64,000 nucleotides of DNA from Nannocystis bainbridge (GTDB taxonomy: Bacteria; Myxococcota_A; Polyangia; Nannocystales; Nannocystaceae): the NCBI RefSeq assembly GCF_028368995.1, contig NZ_JAQNDL010000001.1, positions 64,001 through 128,000 of the forward strand, written 5' to 3'. The notes beneath the pieces are model-generated. The model searched no databases. It was not told the DNA's origin and saw nothing but the letters and a program-made list of their open reading frames with translations. This document shows, piece by piece, positions 1-10,816 of this stretch. A program made the position numbers and the translations under genes. Every line of letters starts with the position of its first letter. Position 1 is the first letter of the stretch.

Positions 1-2
1 TC

Positions 3-791
3 CGCGACGTGTTCCAGGACGCCGCCTCGACCGACCGGATCGCGGGCCTGTGGGCCAACAAGACCACCAACTACGGCACCGTCGCGCCCAAGGACAGCGC
101 CGGCGTCGCCCCGCACAAGCTGCTCGTCAACTTCATCGACAACCACGACGTCGCGCGCTTCCTCTACTTCGCCCGCGAGCGCGTCGAAAAGGATCCCGCG
201 TTCGCCGGCAAGTCGCTGCGCGACAAGGAGCTGCGGCTGCGGTCCATGCTGCAGAACGCCCTGCTCATGCTCATGACCGCCGAGGGCATCCCCTGCCTCT
301 ACTACGGCACCGAGCTCGAGTACCGCGGCGGCAACGACCCGAGCAACCGCGAGGACATGTGGCGTCCTTATCCGTACCTGGGCGAGACCACCCCACCGCC
401 GGCGTTCGACACCACCGGCGCGACCTTCGCCTTCACCAAGAAGCTGATCGCGTACCGCAAGAAGCTGGCCGCCCTGCGCCGCGGTGACACCAAGGTCGTG
501 TGGTCGACCACGCGCACCGGCGACGAGTCCGACGCCGGCATCTTCGCCTTCGAGCGCGCCGGCGGCGAGGCCGGCAGCAACTACGTCCTGGTCGTGTTCA
601 ACACCCACCAGAGCCACGACAGCCGGACCCAGTTCGAGGGCGCCGCCATGACCGTCTCGGCCCCCGCTGGCGCCGTGCTGGTCGACGTCCTCGGCGGCAA
701 CAAGAAGTACACCGTCGGCGCCGGCGGCACCCTCGACCTCACCCTCCCGCCGGTGTCCGGCATGCTCCTCGTCCCGCAGCAGGACGTCTGA
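3..791 (+). CDS. GH13 alpha-amylase family glycosyl hydrolase, C-terminal part (5'-truncated by window edge)
   Basis: GH13 region IV motif NFIDNHDVARF, GIPCLYYGTE, DPSNREDMW, C-terminal beta domain; frame is open upstream of GTG at 9. Confidence 0.9.
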   Translation, partial: RDVFQDAASTDRIAGLWANKTTNYGTVAPKDSAGVAPHKLLVNFIDNHDVARFLYFARERVEKDPAFAGKSLRDKELRLRSMLQNALLMLMTAEGIPCLYYGTELEYRGGNDPSNREDMWRPYPYLGETTPPPAFDTTGATFAFTKKLIAYRKKLAALRRGDTKVVWSTTRTGDESDAGIFAFERAGGEAGSNYVLVVFNTHQSHDSRTQFEGAAMTVSAPAGAVLVDVLGGNKKYTVGAGGTLDLTLPPVSGMLLVPQQDV

Positions 792-797
792 CGCTCC

Positions 798-1870
<1,073 letters not shown>

Positions 1871-1871
<1 letters not shown>

Positions 1872-1993
1872 GCATGTCCGTGCAGACATGTCCGCTCGCG
1901 CATGTCCCCTGCGACATGTCCCTGAGGTCCGGTTGCTGAGGCACGCCGCCCTCGCTCGCATGTCCTCCCGGACATGCTCGCCCGGTCATGTCC
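1871..1993. repeat. Array of 14-bp-phased TGTCC-N4-GGACA-type sites
   Basis: CATG cores at 1873,1887,1901,1915 and at 1959,1973,1987. Confidence 0.9.
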
Positions 1994-4155
1994 TCGGCGC
2001 CCTGCTCGCCGTGCTCGCCCTGCTCGCCCCCGCCCTCGCCCGCGCCGACGAGCTGCGGCTGTGGCACGCCTACCGCGACGCCGAGGCCACCGCCCTGGTC
2101 GAGATCGTCGAAGAATTCGCCGCCCGCACCGGCCACCGCGTCGAGCTGCTGGCGGTCGCCCACGAGAGCTTCGGCAGCAAGCTCGCCGCCACCATCCCGC
2201 GCGGCCAGGGCCCGCACGTCTTCATCGACTCGCACGAGCGGATCGGCGACTACCGGCTGCGCGCGCTGCTCGGCGACGCCGGGCCCGCGCTCGGGCCCGA
2301 CGCCGACTACAGCGCGCAGTCGCTGGCCGCCGTCACCCAGGACGGCGCGCGCTGGGGCGTCCCGCTGAACGCCAAGTCGGTCGCGCTGTTCGTCAACACC
2401 CGCCTCGCCGGCGCCGTCCCGGACACCCTCGAGGGTATCGCCGCCCTGCCCATGCCCGCGGGCGTCTACCCGCTGGCCTACGAGGCCCAGAGCGCCTACG
2501 GCCACATGCCGCTGCTGGCGGCCTTTGACGGCCGCATGCTCGCCGACGACGCCAGCTTCGGCTTCGTCGGCCCGGCCGCGGCCCGCTCGCTCGCGTTCGC
2601 CAGGGAGCTCGTCGAGCGCGGCGCCGTCCCGCGCGACGCCGACGGCGCCCTCGTGTCCGACCTGTTCCGCTCCGGCCGGGCCGCCTTCGCCATCAGCGGC
2701 CCGTGGCTGGTCGGTCAGCTCGCCGGCGTCGAGTTCGCCTGGCGCGTCGTGCCCCTGCCGATCGTCGGCGAGACCGGCCTGCCGATGCGCCCGCCGCTGA
2801 CCGTCGAGGCCGCCATGCTGTCGCCGCAGGGCTCCGCCTCGCCAGCCGCCCTCGACCTGGTCCGCGCGCTCGCCAGCGCCGAGGCGGCCGCGGTGCGCCA
2901 GCGGCTCGCCGGCACCCTGTCCGTCAGGACAGACGTACCTGTCCCCGAGGACAGCCCCGTGCTCGCCGGCTTCCGCGCCCAGGCCGAGCTCGCGGCGCCG
3001 ATGTCCGCCGACCCGGCCATGCGCTCGACCTGGGAGCCGGCCTTTCGCGCCATCCGCAAGGTCCTGCGCGGCCAGGCCAGCCCCGAAGACGCGCTCGCCG
3101 AGGCCGCCCGCCGCTTCGCCGACGTCCGCCGCCCACCGCCGCCCGCCGCCTCGCCGACGCCGGCCCTGCTGCTGCTCGGCCTCGGCCTGCTGCTCGTCGC
3201 CTTTCACCTGGTCCGCCGCGCCCGCGACCCCGCCGCCCGCCAGGCCCTGCGCGCCTCGCTGCCGGCCTACCGCTACGTCGCCCACAGCGTCGTCGTCGTC
3301 GGCCTGCTGGTGTTCCTCCCGCTGATCGTCGGCGCCGCCACCTCGCTGTTCGCCGGTCGCCCGGGCGAGGGCTACTACGTCGGCCTCGCCAACTTCTTCG
3401 AGATCCTCACCGCCCGCGGCGGCCCCTTGCTGGCCACCGGCTCGTTCTGGTTCGTCCTCCTCGTCACCTTCCTGTGGACGGCCGTCAACGTGGTCCTCCA
3501 CCTCGGCATCGGCCTCGCGCTCGGCCTCGTGCTGTCGCGCCCGACCCTGCGCCTGCGCGCGCTCTACCGCGTGCTCCTCATCCTCCCGTGGGCCGTGCCC
3601 AGCTACGTCACCGCCCTGGCGTGGAAGGGCATGTTCCACCAGCAGTACGGCGCCGTCACCGGCCTCGTGCTCGCCATCAACGAGTGGTTCGGCACCAGCC
3701 TCGAGCCGATCGCCTGGTTCTCGCGCTTCGCCACCGCCTTCGCCGCCAACGTCGCCACCAACGTGTGGCTCGGCTTCCCCTTCATGATGGTCGTCACGCT
3801 CGGCGCCCTCACGGCCGTGCCCGCCGACGTGCTCGAGGCCGCCGAGGTCGACGGCGCCAGCCGCTGGCAGCGCCTCACCCGCGTCACCCTGCCGATGATC
3901 CGCCCGGCCCTCGCCCCGGCCGTCACCCTCGGCGCGATCTGGACCTTCAACATGTTCAACGTCGTCTTCCTCGTCTCGGGCGGCGACCCCGACGGCTCGA
4001 CCGACATCCTCGTCAGCGAGGCGTACCGCTGGGCCTTCACCCGCGAGGCCCAGTACGGCTACGCCGCCGCCTACGCCGTCCTGATCTTCCTGCTCCTGCT
4101 CGTCACCACCCGCCTGCCGGCCTGGCTGGCGCGGCGACCGCGAGGCGCGCGATGA
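1960..4155 (+). CDS. Fused maltodextrin-type solute-binding protein + ABC permease (MalE-MalF-like)
   Basis: Signal peptide, LWHAY, SBP_bac-like body (GPHVFI, SGPW), then TM helices with ILPWAVP, WLGFPF and EAA loop EAAEVDGA; start chosen at ATG 1960 (ORF open from 1888). Confidence 0.88.
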   Translation: MSSRTCSPGHVLGALLAVLALLAPALARADELRLWHAYRDAEATALVEIVEEFAARTGHRVELLAVAHESFGSKLAATIPRGQGPHVFIDSHERIGDYRLRALLGDAGPALGPDADYSAQSLAAVTQDGARWGVPLNAKSVALFVNTRLAGAVPDTLEGIAALPMPAGVYPLAYEAQSAYGHMPLLAAFDGRMLADDASFGFVGPAAARSLAFARELVERGAVPRDADGALVSDLFRSGRAAFAISGPWLVGQLAGVEFAWRVVPLPIVGETGLPMRPPLTVEAAMLSPQGSASPAALDLVRALASAEAAAVRQRLAGTLSVRTDVPVPEDSPVLAGFRAQAELAAPMSADPAMRSTWEPAFRAIRKVLRGQASPEDALAEAARRFADVRRPPPPAASPTPALLLLGLGLLLVAFHLVRRARDPAARQALRASLPAYRYVAHSVVVVGLLVFLPLIVGAATSLFAGRPGEGYYVGLANFFEILTARGGPLLATGSFWFVLLVTFLWTAVNVVLHLGIGLALGLVLSRPTLRLRALYRVLLILPWAVPSYVTALAWKGMFHQQYGAVTGLVLAINEWFGTSLEPIAWFSRFATAFAANVATNVWLGFPFMMVVTLGALTAVPADVLEAAEVDGASRWQRLTRVTLPMIRPALAPAVTLGAIWTFNMFNVVFLVSGGDPDGSTDILVSEAYRWAFTREAQYGYAAAYAVLIFLLLLVTTRLPAWLARRPRGAR

Positions 4156-4162
4156 GCCCGAT

Positions 4163-4322
4163 CGGACATGTCCCTTCGGCCATGCCCTATCGGCCCTGTC
4201 CCCGCGGACATGCCCCATCGGCCATACGCTCGACACCCGCGCGCGCCGGCGCCAGCGGCTGGCATGTCCCATCCACCATGTCTTCCCGGCCATGCCCCCA
4301 CGGACATGCCCTGAACGACACG
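4163..4322. repeat. Two runs of 14-bp-phased palindromic sites
   Basis: Cores at 4167,4181,4195,4209,4223 and 4263,4277,4291,4305,4319; perfect TGTCCCCGCGGACA at 4197-4210. Confidence 0.9.
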
Positions 4323-4351
4323 CCTCACGCTCCCCCCCGCGAGGTGCGCCG

Positions 4352-5230
4352 ATGAGCCCCGCCGATCAGGGCCGCAAGGTCAGCCTCGCCGAGTCGATCG
4401 GCGCCCACCTGCTGCTCGTCGTCGCCGTCGCCTTCGCCCTCTACCCGCTGCTGTGGGTCGTCTCGCTGGCCTTCTCCGGCGCCGTCGAGCCGACCCCGCG
4501 GGTCTTGCCGGTCCCGATCGAGCCGACCCTCGAGCACCTGCGCGGCGTCGCCTTCTCGACCCTCCAGGTCCCCGGTGAGCCCGACCGGTGGTTGTTCGGC
4601 CTCCAGCTCGCCAACTCCATCGTCATCAGCCTCGCCACCGCCCTCGTCGGCGTCGTCATCGCCGTGCCGACCGCCTACGCCCTCGCCCGCTTCGAGTTCG
4701 TCGGCAAGAACGGCGGCATGCGGGCCCTGCTGGCCACGCAGATGTTCCCCGCCGTCGCCAGCGCCATCCCGCTCTATATCATCCTCGACGGCCTCGGCCT
4801 GCTCGGCACCCGCTCCGGCCTGGTCCTCTGCTACGCCACCACCGCCGTCCCGTTCGCCATCTTCCAGCTGCGCGGCGCCTTCGAGACCATCCCACGCGAC
4901 CTCGAGGAGGCCGCCATGGTCGACGGCGCCACCCGCTTCGAGGCCTTCCGCAAGGTCGTCCTGCCGGCCGCTCGCCCCGCGATCGCCGTCACCGCCCTGT
5001 TCGCCTTCATGAGCGCCTACAACGAGTTCGTGCTGGCCCACACCATGCTCGGCCGCGAGGAGATGTACACGGTCCCCGTGGTCCTGCAGCGCTACATCTC
5101 CGAGTTCAGCGCCGACTGGCCCAAGTTCGCCGCCGGCTCGCTGATCGTCTCGATCCCGGTGATGATCCTCTTCTACATCGCCCAGCGCCACCTCATCGCC
5201 GGCCTCACCGCCGGCGGCGTCAAGGGCTGA
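4352..5230 (+). CDS. Sugar ABC transporter permease (MalG-like)
   Basis: NSIVIS, AYALARF, QMFP, EEAAMVDGA, C-terminal GLTAGGVKG; GAGGTG upstream of ATG 4352. Confidence 0.94.
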   Translation: MSPADQGRKVSLAESIGAHLLLVVAVAFALYPLLWVVSLAFSGAVEPTPRVLPVPIEPTLEHLRGVAFSTLQVPGEPDRWLFGLQLANSIVISLATALVGVVIAVPTAYALARFEFVGKNGGMRALLATQMFPAVASAIPLYIILDGLGLLGTRSGLVLCYATTAVPFAIFQLRGAFETIPRDLEEAAMVDGATRFEAFRKVVLPAARPAIAVTALFAFMSAYNEFVLAHTMLGREEMYTVPVVLQRYISEFSADWPKFAAGSLIVSIPVMILFYIAQRHLIAGLTAGGVKG

Positions 5231-5407
5231 GCCCGCGATGCGGCCCCGCTGCGGCCGACGAAACAGCGTGCCCGTCTCGGCCACGCCCCGCTCGGGCCGC
5301 GCGTGCGGTTGCGCCGGGCCCGGCGATCACATTTCATCCATGCCGTGAATCCAACCAGGGTTCCGCGGATTCCAAACCCTCGCCCCAAGCTCCCTGGAGG
5401 ACCCCGA

Positions 5408-7510
5408 ATGCGTCGATCTCTGCTCCTGTCCCTCGGCCTGGCCGTCGTTCCCGCCTGTTCCTCGCCGACGCCCGCCGACGCCGGCAAGGCCGCGCCGCCC
5501 GCCACCAAGGCCGCCACGCCGCCCGCCGCTGCGCCCGCCGCCGAGGCCCCCGAGCTCATCCCGCGCGAGCTCCTGTTCGGCAACCCCGAGCGCGTCAACG
5601 TCCAGATCAGCCCTGACGGCCAGCACCTCGCCTACGTCGCGCCGGTCGACGGCGTGCTCAACGTCCACGTCGCGCCGGCCGGCGATCCGACCGCGGCCAA
5701 GGCGGTCACTGCCGACAAGGCCCGCGGCATCACCCAGTACTTCTGGTCCTACCGCCCTGACACCCTGCTCTACATGCGCGACACCGGCGGCGACGAGGAT
5801 TTCCACCTCTACTCGCTCGACCTCAAGACCGGCGAGAGCCGCGACCTGACCCCGTTCCCCAAGACGCGCGCCGCCGTCAACGGCGTCAGCCACCTCCATC
5901 CGGACGTCGTGCTCGTCGGCATGAACGACCGCGACCAGCAGTGGCACGACCTCTACCGCGTCGACCTCGCGACCGGCGCACGGACCCTGGTCGAGCGCAA
6001 CGATCAGAAGCTGTCCGGCTACGTCACGGACCCCGACTTCAAGGTCCGCCTGGCCACCCGCACCCGCGACGACGGCGGCACCGAGGTCCTGAAGCCCGAC
6101 GGCCCCGGCAAGTGGAAGGTGTTCGAGCAGATCCCGTTCGACGACTCCCTCAGCACCGGCTTCGGCGGCTTCACCACCGACGGCAAGACCGCGTACCTGA
6201 GAGAGTCGCGCGACCGCAACACCGTCGCCCTGTACGCCGTCGACCTCGACACCGGCGCCAAGAAGCTGCTGCTCGAGGATCCGCGGGCCGACATCAGCAG
6301 CGCCATGGCCGACCCACGCACCGGCGTGGTGCGAGCGGTCGCCACCAACTACCTGCGCGAGGAGTGGAAGGCGCTCGACGACAGCATCAGCCGCGACCTC
6401 GAGAACCTCAAGGCCATCGGCCCCGGGGTCGTCAGCGTCACCTCGACCACGCTCGACGACAGCACCTGGATCGTCGCCTACGCGGCCGCCGAGGCCCCGG
6501 CCATCTACTACCGCTACACGCGGAGCGGCGGCTCGCTCACCAAGCTGTTCGCGGCCCGGCCCGCGCTCGAGGGCAAGCCGCTGACCAAGCAGTGGCCGCA
6601 GGAGATTCCCTCGCGCGACGGCCTCACGCTCGTCAGCTACCTGACCTTGCCGCACCAGTCCGACCCCGAGCAGGACGGCAAGCCGAACACGCCCGCGCCG
6701 CTGGTGCTGCACGTCCACGGCGGCCCGTGGGCGCGCGACAGCTACGGCTACGCCTCCACCCCGCAGTGGCTGGCCAACCGCGGCTACGCCGTGCTGCAGG
6801 TCAACTATCGCGGCTCGACCGGCTTCGGCAAGGACTTCGTCAACAAGTCCAACTTCGAGTGGTCCGGCAAGATGCACGAGGACCTGATCGACGCCGTCGA
6901 CTGGGCGATCAAGCAGGGCATCACCACCGCCGACCAGGTCGCGATCATGGGCGGCAGCTACGGCGGCTACGCCACCCTGGTCGGCCTGACCTTCACGCCC
7001 GACACCTTCAAGTGCGGCGTCGACGTCGTCGGCCCCTCCAACCTGGTGACCCTGTTCGAGACCTTCCCGGCCTACTGGGCCAGCTTCATGCAGCAGTGGT
7101 ACCACCGCGTCGGTGACTCGCGCACCGACGAGGGCAAGCAGAAGCTGCTCGCGCGCTCGCCGATCAGCCACGTCGACAAGATCAAGAAGCCGCTGCTCAT
7201 CGCCCAGGGCGCCAACGACCCGCGGGTCAAGCAGGCCGAGAGCGACCAGATCGTCGAGGCCATGAAGGCCAAGAACATCCCGGTCACCTACGTGCTGTTC
7301 CCCGACGAGGGCCATGGCTTCGCCCGCTCGGAGAACAACAAGGCCTTCACCGCCGCCGCCGAGGGCTTCCTCGGCACCTGCCTCGGCGGCCGCGTCGAGC
7401 CGGTCGGCAAGGACCTCGCCGGCTCGAGCATCACCGTCCCGGTCGGCGCCGACATCGTGCCCGGCCTCGCCGACGCCCTGCGCTCGCACACGCAGGCGAT
7501 CAAGAACTGA
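5408..7510 (+). CDS. S9 family peptidase (prolyl oligopeptidase/acylaminoacyl peptidase-like), lipoprotein
   Basis: Lipobox-like VPAC, HGGPW, GGSYGG nucleophile, GANDPRV, DEGHGF; GGAGG SD before ATG 5408. Confidence 0.95.
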   Translation: MRRSLLLSLGLAVVPACSSPTPADAGKAAPPATKAATPPAAAPAAEAPELIPRELLFGNPERVNVQISPDGQHLAYVAPVDGVLNVHVAPAGDPTAAKAVTADKARGITQYFWSYRPDTLLYMRDTGGDEDFHLYSLDLKTGESRDLTPFPKTRAAVNGVSHLHPDVVLVGMNDRDQQWHDLYRVDLATGARTLVERNDQKLSGYVTDPDFKVRLATRTRDDGGTEVLKPDGPGKWKVFEQIPFDDSLSTGFGGFTTDGKTAYLRESRDRNTVALYAVDLDTGAKKLLLEDPRADISSAMADPRTGVVRAVATNYLREEWKALDDSISRDLENLKAIGPGVVSVTSTTLDDSTWIVAYAAAEAPAIYYRYTRSGGSLTKLFAARPALEGKPLTKQWPQEIPSRDGLTLVSYLTLPHQSDPEQDGKPNTPAPLVLHVHGGPWARDSYGYASTPQWLANRGYAVLQVNYRGSTGFGKDFVNKSNFEWSGKMHEDLIDAVDWAIKQGITTADQVAIMGGSYGGYATLVGLTFTPDTFKCGVDVVGPSNLVTLFETFPAYWASFMQQWYHRVGDSRTDEGKQKLLARSPISHVDKIKKPLLIAQGANDPRVKQAESDQIVEAMKAKNIPVTYVLFPDEGHGFARSENNKAFTAAAEGFLGTCLGGRVEPVGKDLAGSSITVPVGADIVPGLADALRSHTQAIKN

Positions 7511-7530
7511 CGCACCCGCGTCGCAAGCAT

Positions 7531-7645
7531 CGCCGCGATGCCCGAGCAACGACGAGGTCGTGCTCGGGGTCGCGGCGCTTCCGTGTCCTCGCACGAGGTC
7601 GCCGCGACCCCCGAGCAACGACGCGATCGTGCTCGAGGCCCGCCT
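7531..7645. repeat. Tandemly duplicated imperfect hairpin (REP-like or terminator) after the peptidase
   Basis: CGCCGCGATGCCCGAGCA...TGCTCGGGGTCGCGGCG at 7531-7577; second degenerate copy starts at 7600. Confidence 0.65.
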
Positions 7646-7877
7646 CTCGCATCCTCGTGCATCGTCACGGTGACGGCGCCGCAATCAGGCCGGCCTCGCT
7701 CGTGGCTTCCTCCGACCTCGCCCCGATGCCGGCCTCATCCGCTCGCCCGCGATCTCCCGAGCAGACCTCGTCCTCGACCGCGAAGCGTTAAGCAGCTCCT
7801 TAGCCGCCCCTGGCGCGCGGCCCGACGACCCCAGGAGTCTCTCCATCGCCACCGCCTTCGCTCGCGCGGTCTCGACC

Positions 7878-7918
7878 TGTCCCCGGGGACATCCTCGATC
7901 CATCTGTCCCGAGGGACA
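7878..7918. promoter_or_regulatory. Two perfect TGTCC-N4-GGACA palindromes upstream of the ClC gene
   Basis: TGTCCCCGGGGACA 7878-7891; TGTCCCGAGGGACA 7905-7918. Confidence 0.75.
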
Positions 7919-7965
7919 TATCGTAACAGTCCGCGCTGGCCGCGATTTTGTTATCTTCGATCCTC

Positions 7966-10197
7966 GTGCCCGAGACGGAGCCCCCAGCGCCCGCGCGTGG
8001 TTCGCCCCCCGACCCCGCCGCGGCCTCCGGCAGTTCGCCTGCTGCGCGGCTGACCGGCGCCCACCGGCTCGTCAGCGCCGAGACCACCGGCTTCTTCGAC
8101 GCCCTGCCGCACGGCACCCTGCTGATGCGCCTGTGGGCCCGCTTCGGCCTGCTCATGGGCCAGCAGCTCGCGCGGGTGGTCCAGGACGACCACGTGTTCC
8201 TCCTCGTGATGGCCGCGGTGGTCGGCACCACCAGCGGCGTCGCGGCCGGCGCGTTGCTGGCGTGGATCGAGTACGCCTTCCGCCTGTTCCCGCGGCCCGA
8301 GGAGAGCAGCGCGCTGGTCCGCTGGGCCGCGGTCATCGGCGTCCCGGTGCTCGGCGGACTCGCGGCCGGCGGCCTCCAATTCGTGCTCCGCCGCCTGCTC
8401 CGCCAGGCGCCGGTGCTCGGCATCCCGGGCGTCATCGAGGCCATCGCGCGCAAGCAGGGCACGATCCACGGGCGCCAGGCCGTCGTCGTCGGCGTCGGCA
8501 CCGGCATCACCATCGGCAGCGGCGGCTCGTGCGGGCACGAGGGTCCGAGCGTGGCGATCGGCGCGGCCGTGGGCAGCAGCCTGGCGCGCTTCTTCGGCCT
8601 GCGGATGCGCTGGCACCTGGCGATGGTCGGGGCCGGGTGCGCCGGCGGCCTCGCGGCGGCCTTCAACGCCCCGCTGGCCGGGGTCGTGTTCACCGTCGAG
8701 ATCGTGTTCGGCGGCGCCATCGGCGGCAACATCGGCACCATGTCGGTGTTCGTGCCGCTGATCGTCGCCGCGGTCGCCGGCACCTTCACCTCGCACGTGA
8801 TCCGCGGCGAGCACCTGACCTTTGCGACAGTCGAGCACGGCGACGCCGGCCTCGCGGAGATGGGCCTCTTCATCGCCCTCGCCGCGCTCGCCGGCGTCAT
8901 CGGCACGCTCATGGGCCGCGCCGTGCTGGGCACCACCCGCTGGTTCCAGCGCCTCAAGGCCCCCGAGCTGCTCAAGCCGGCGCTCGGCGCCCTCGGCGTC
9001 GGCCTGCTCGCCGCGATCGTCTCCAACGACATCCTCGGCGCCGGTCATGCCACCGTCAGCGAGGCGCTGCAGGGCTCGCTCGGCTGGCAGATGGCGCTCG
9101 CGCTGCTCGGCCTCAAGCTCGTCGCCACCGCGATGACCGTCGGCAGCGGCGGCTTCGGCGGCGTGTTCATGCCCTCGCTGTACATCGGCGCCTGCCTCGG
9201 CACCGTCGTCGGCGCGCTGGCCCAGTTCGCGCTCGGCCCCGCCGCCGAGTCGACCGGCTCCTACGCGCTCGTCGGCATGGGGGCGATCTTCGCCGCCACC
9301 ATGCACGCCCCGCTGACGCCGATCGTGATGATCTTCGAGCTCACCCAGGACTACGAGATCATCCTCCCGCTGATGCTCGGCTGCATCCTCGCGGTGTTCG
9401 TCGCCCGCCGCATGACCCCGCGCAGCCTGTTCCAGGAGGCCCTGCACCAGCAGGGCGTGGTGCTCGGCCACGAGGCCGAGGTCGAGGTGATGAAGCGCGG
9501 CCACGTCGCCGACCTCATGCGCCCGCCGCCGCGCGCCCTGTCCGAAGGGACAGCCGCCGCCGAGGTCCGGCGCGTCGCGCTCGACGAGGGTCGCTCGCCG
9601 TTCGTCATCGACGACACCGGCGCGGTGGTCGGGTGGATCGACGCCGACCTGCTGGCCAAGCGGGTCCTGCACGGCGACGTCGCCCCCGAGGCCGCCGCGC
9701 GCGACCTCATGTCCGACGTCCAGCTCGCCCTGCTCTACCCGACCGACACCCTCGCCGGCGCCATGCTGGCCTCCGCGCGCTGCAGCGCCGAGGTCTTGCC
9801 GGTCGTCGATCCCGAGCGGCGCCTCGTCGGCGTGCTGCGCCGCGGCGACCTGATGGCCCACTACAGCGACAAGGTGCTCGGCCAGCAAGAAGAGGCCGTG
9901 CACATGCACACCACCGGCGGCGGCGCCCACGGCCACGAGGTCGGCCTCGGCAAGGGCATGATCCTCGATCACATCATCGTCGGTCGCCGCTGGGCCGGCC
10001 GCACCCTCGCCGACCTCGCGCTGCGCTCGCACACCGGCGCCACCGTCGTCGAGCTGTTGCGCGGCGAGGCCCCGCTCCCGCTCGACCCCAACGCCCCGTT
10101 GCAGCAGGGCGACGTGCTCGCGGTCGTCGGCACCCGCGAGCAGATCCTCGCCGCCCGTCGCATGAGCCCCACGCGCCCCGGCGCGCCGGTCGGCTGA
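7966..10197 (+). CDS. ClC chloride channel/H+-Cl- antiporter with CBS pair and TrkA-C domain
   Basis: GSGGSCGHEGP, AAFNAPLAG, GGVFMP, APLT-IVMIFELT motifs; CBS and RCK-C tail; start uncertain (7948/7966). Confidence 0.93.
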   Translation: MPETEPPAPARGSPPDPAAASGSSPAARLTGAHRLVSAETTGFFDALPHGTLLMRLWARFGLLMGQQLARVVQDDHVFLLVMAAVVGTTSGVAAGALLAWIEYAFRLFPRPEESSALVRWAAVIGVPVLGGLAAGGLQFVLRRLLRQAPVLGIPGVIEAIARKQGTIHGRQAVVVGVGTGITIGSGGSCGHEGPSVAIGAAVGSSLARFFGLRMRWHLAMVGAGCAGGLAAAFNAPLAGVVFTVEIVFGGAIGGNIGTMSVFVPLIVAAVAGTFTSHVIRGEHLTFATVEHGDAGLAEMGLFIALAALAGVIGTLMGRAVLGTTRWFQRLKAPELLKPALGALGVGLLAAIVSNDILGAGHATVSEALQGSLGWQMALALLGLKLVATAMTVGSGGFGGVFMPSLYIGACLGTVVGALAQFALGPAAESTGSYALVGMGAIFAATMHAPLTPIVMIFELTQDYEIILPLMLGCILAVFVARRMTPRSLFQEALHQQGVVLGHEAEVEVMKRGHVADLMRPPPRALSEGTAAAEVRRVALDEGRSPFVIDDTGAVVGWIDADLLAKRVLHGDVAPEAAARDLMSDVQLALLYPTDTLAGAMLASARCSAEVLPVVDPERRLVGVLRRGDLMAHYSDKVLGQQEEAVHMHTTGGGAHGHEVGLGKGMILDHIIVGRRWAGRTLADLALRSHTGATVVELLRGEAPLPLDPNAPLQQGDVLAVVGTREQILAARRMSPTRPGAPVG

Positions 10198-10336
10198 CGT
10201 GTCCCCGGGGACAGCTCCCCCGCCGCCGAGATGCACCGAAGGACAGGCCGCGTGCGACGAGTCGCACGGGCGCTGTTCGACCGACCACCCGCGCTTCTTC
10301 GCCCCGCCCGTCCCGCAGGCGCGCTACCCTCGGCCC

Positions 10337-10816
10337 GTGCCGCACGACCCCCAGGCCTGGATCGACGCGCTCCGACTCGTCCCGCACCCCGAGGGCGGGC
10401 ACTACCGCGAGACCTACCGCGCCGCGCTCGGCGTCGTGCGCGACGGTCAGCCGCGCACCGCCTCGACCGCGATCTATTACTTGCTCCGCCACGGCGAGCG
10501 CTCGCGCCTGCACCGGATCCGCAGCGACGAGCTCTGGCACTTCCACGCCGGCGACGGCCTGCAGGTCCACGTCTTCGCCGACGACGGTCACAGCGTCCTG
10601 CGCCTCGGCCTGGACCTCGCCGCCGCCGAGGCCCCGCAGCAGTGGGTCGCCGCCGGCGCGTGGTTCGGCGCCGAGGTCGAGCGGCCCGGCGGCTGGGCCC
10701 TCGTCAGCTGCACCGTCGCGCCCGGCTTCGAGTTCGCCGACCTCGAGTTCGCCGACCGCGCCGCGCTGGTCCGCGCCTTCCCCGAGAGCGCCGACATCAT
10801 TACCCGCCTCACCTGA
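10337..10816 (+). CDS. Cupin superfamily protein (DUF985/Cupin_5)
   Basis: L..HPEGG.YRET, TAIYYLL, SDELWHFHAG, LVSCTVAPGFEFAD. Confidence 0.93.
   Translation: MPHDPQAWIDALRLVPHPEGGHYRETYRAALGVVRDGQPRTASTAIYYLLRHGERSRLHRIRSDELWHFHAGDGLQVHVFADDGHSVLRLGLDLAAAEAPQQWVAAGAWFGAEVERPGGWALVSCTVAPGFEFADLEFADRAALVRAFPESADIITRLT

Noticed and set aside
7878-7918. Motif as parS, CRP/MrpC or FNR site
   Set aside because: parS and CRP sites are 16 bp with different cores, MrpC sites as I recall have a longer (N8) spacer, and FNR is TTGAT-N4-ATCAA; none explains abutting 14-bp arrays
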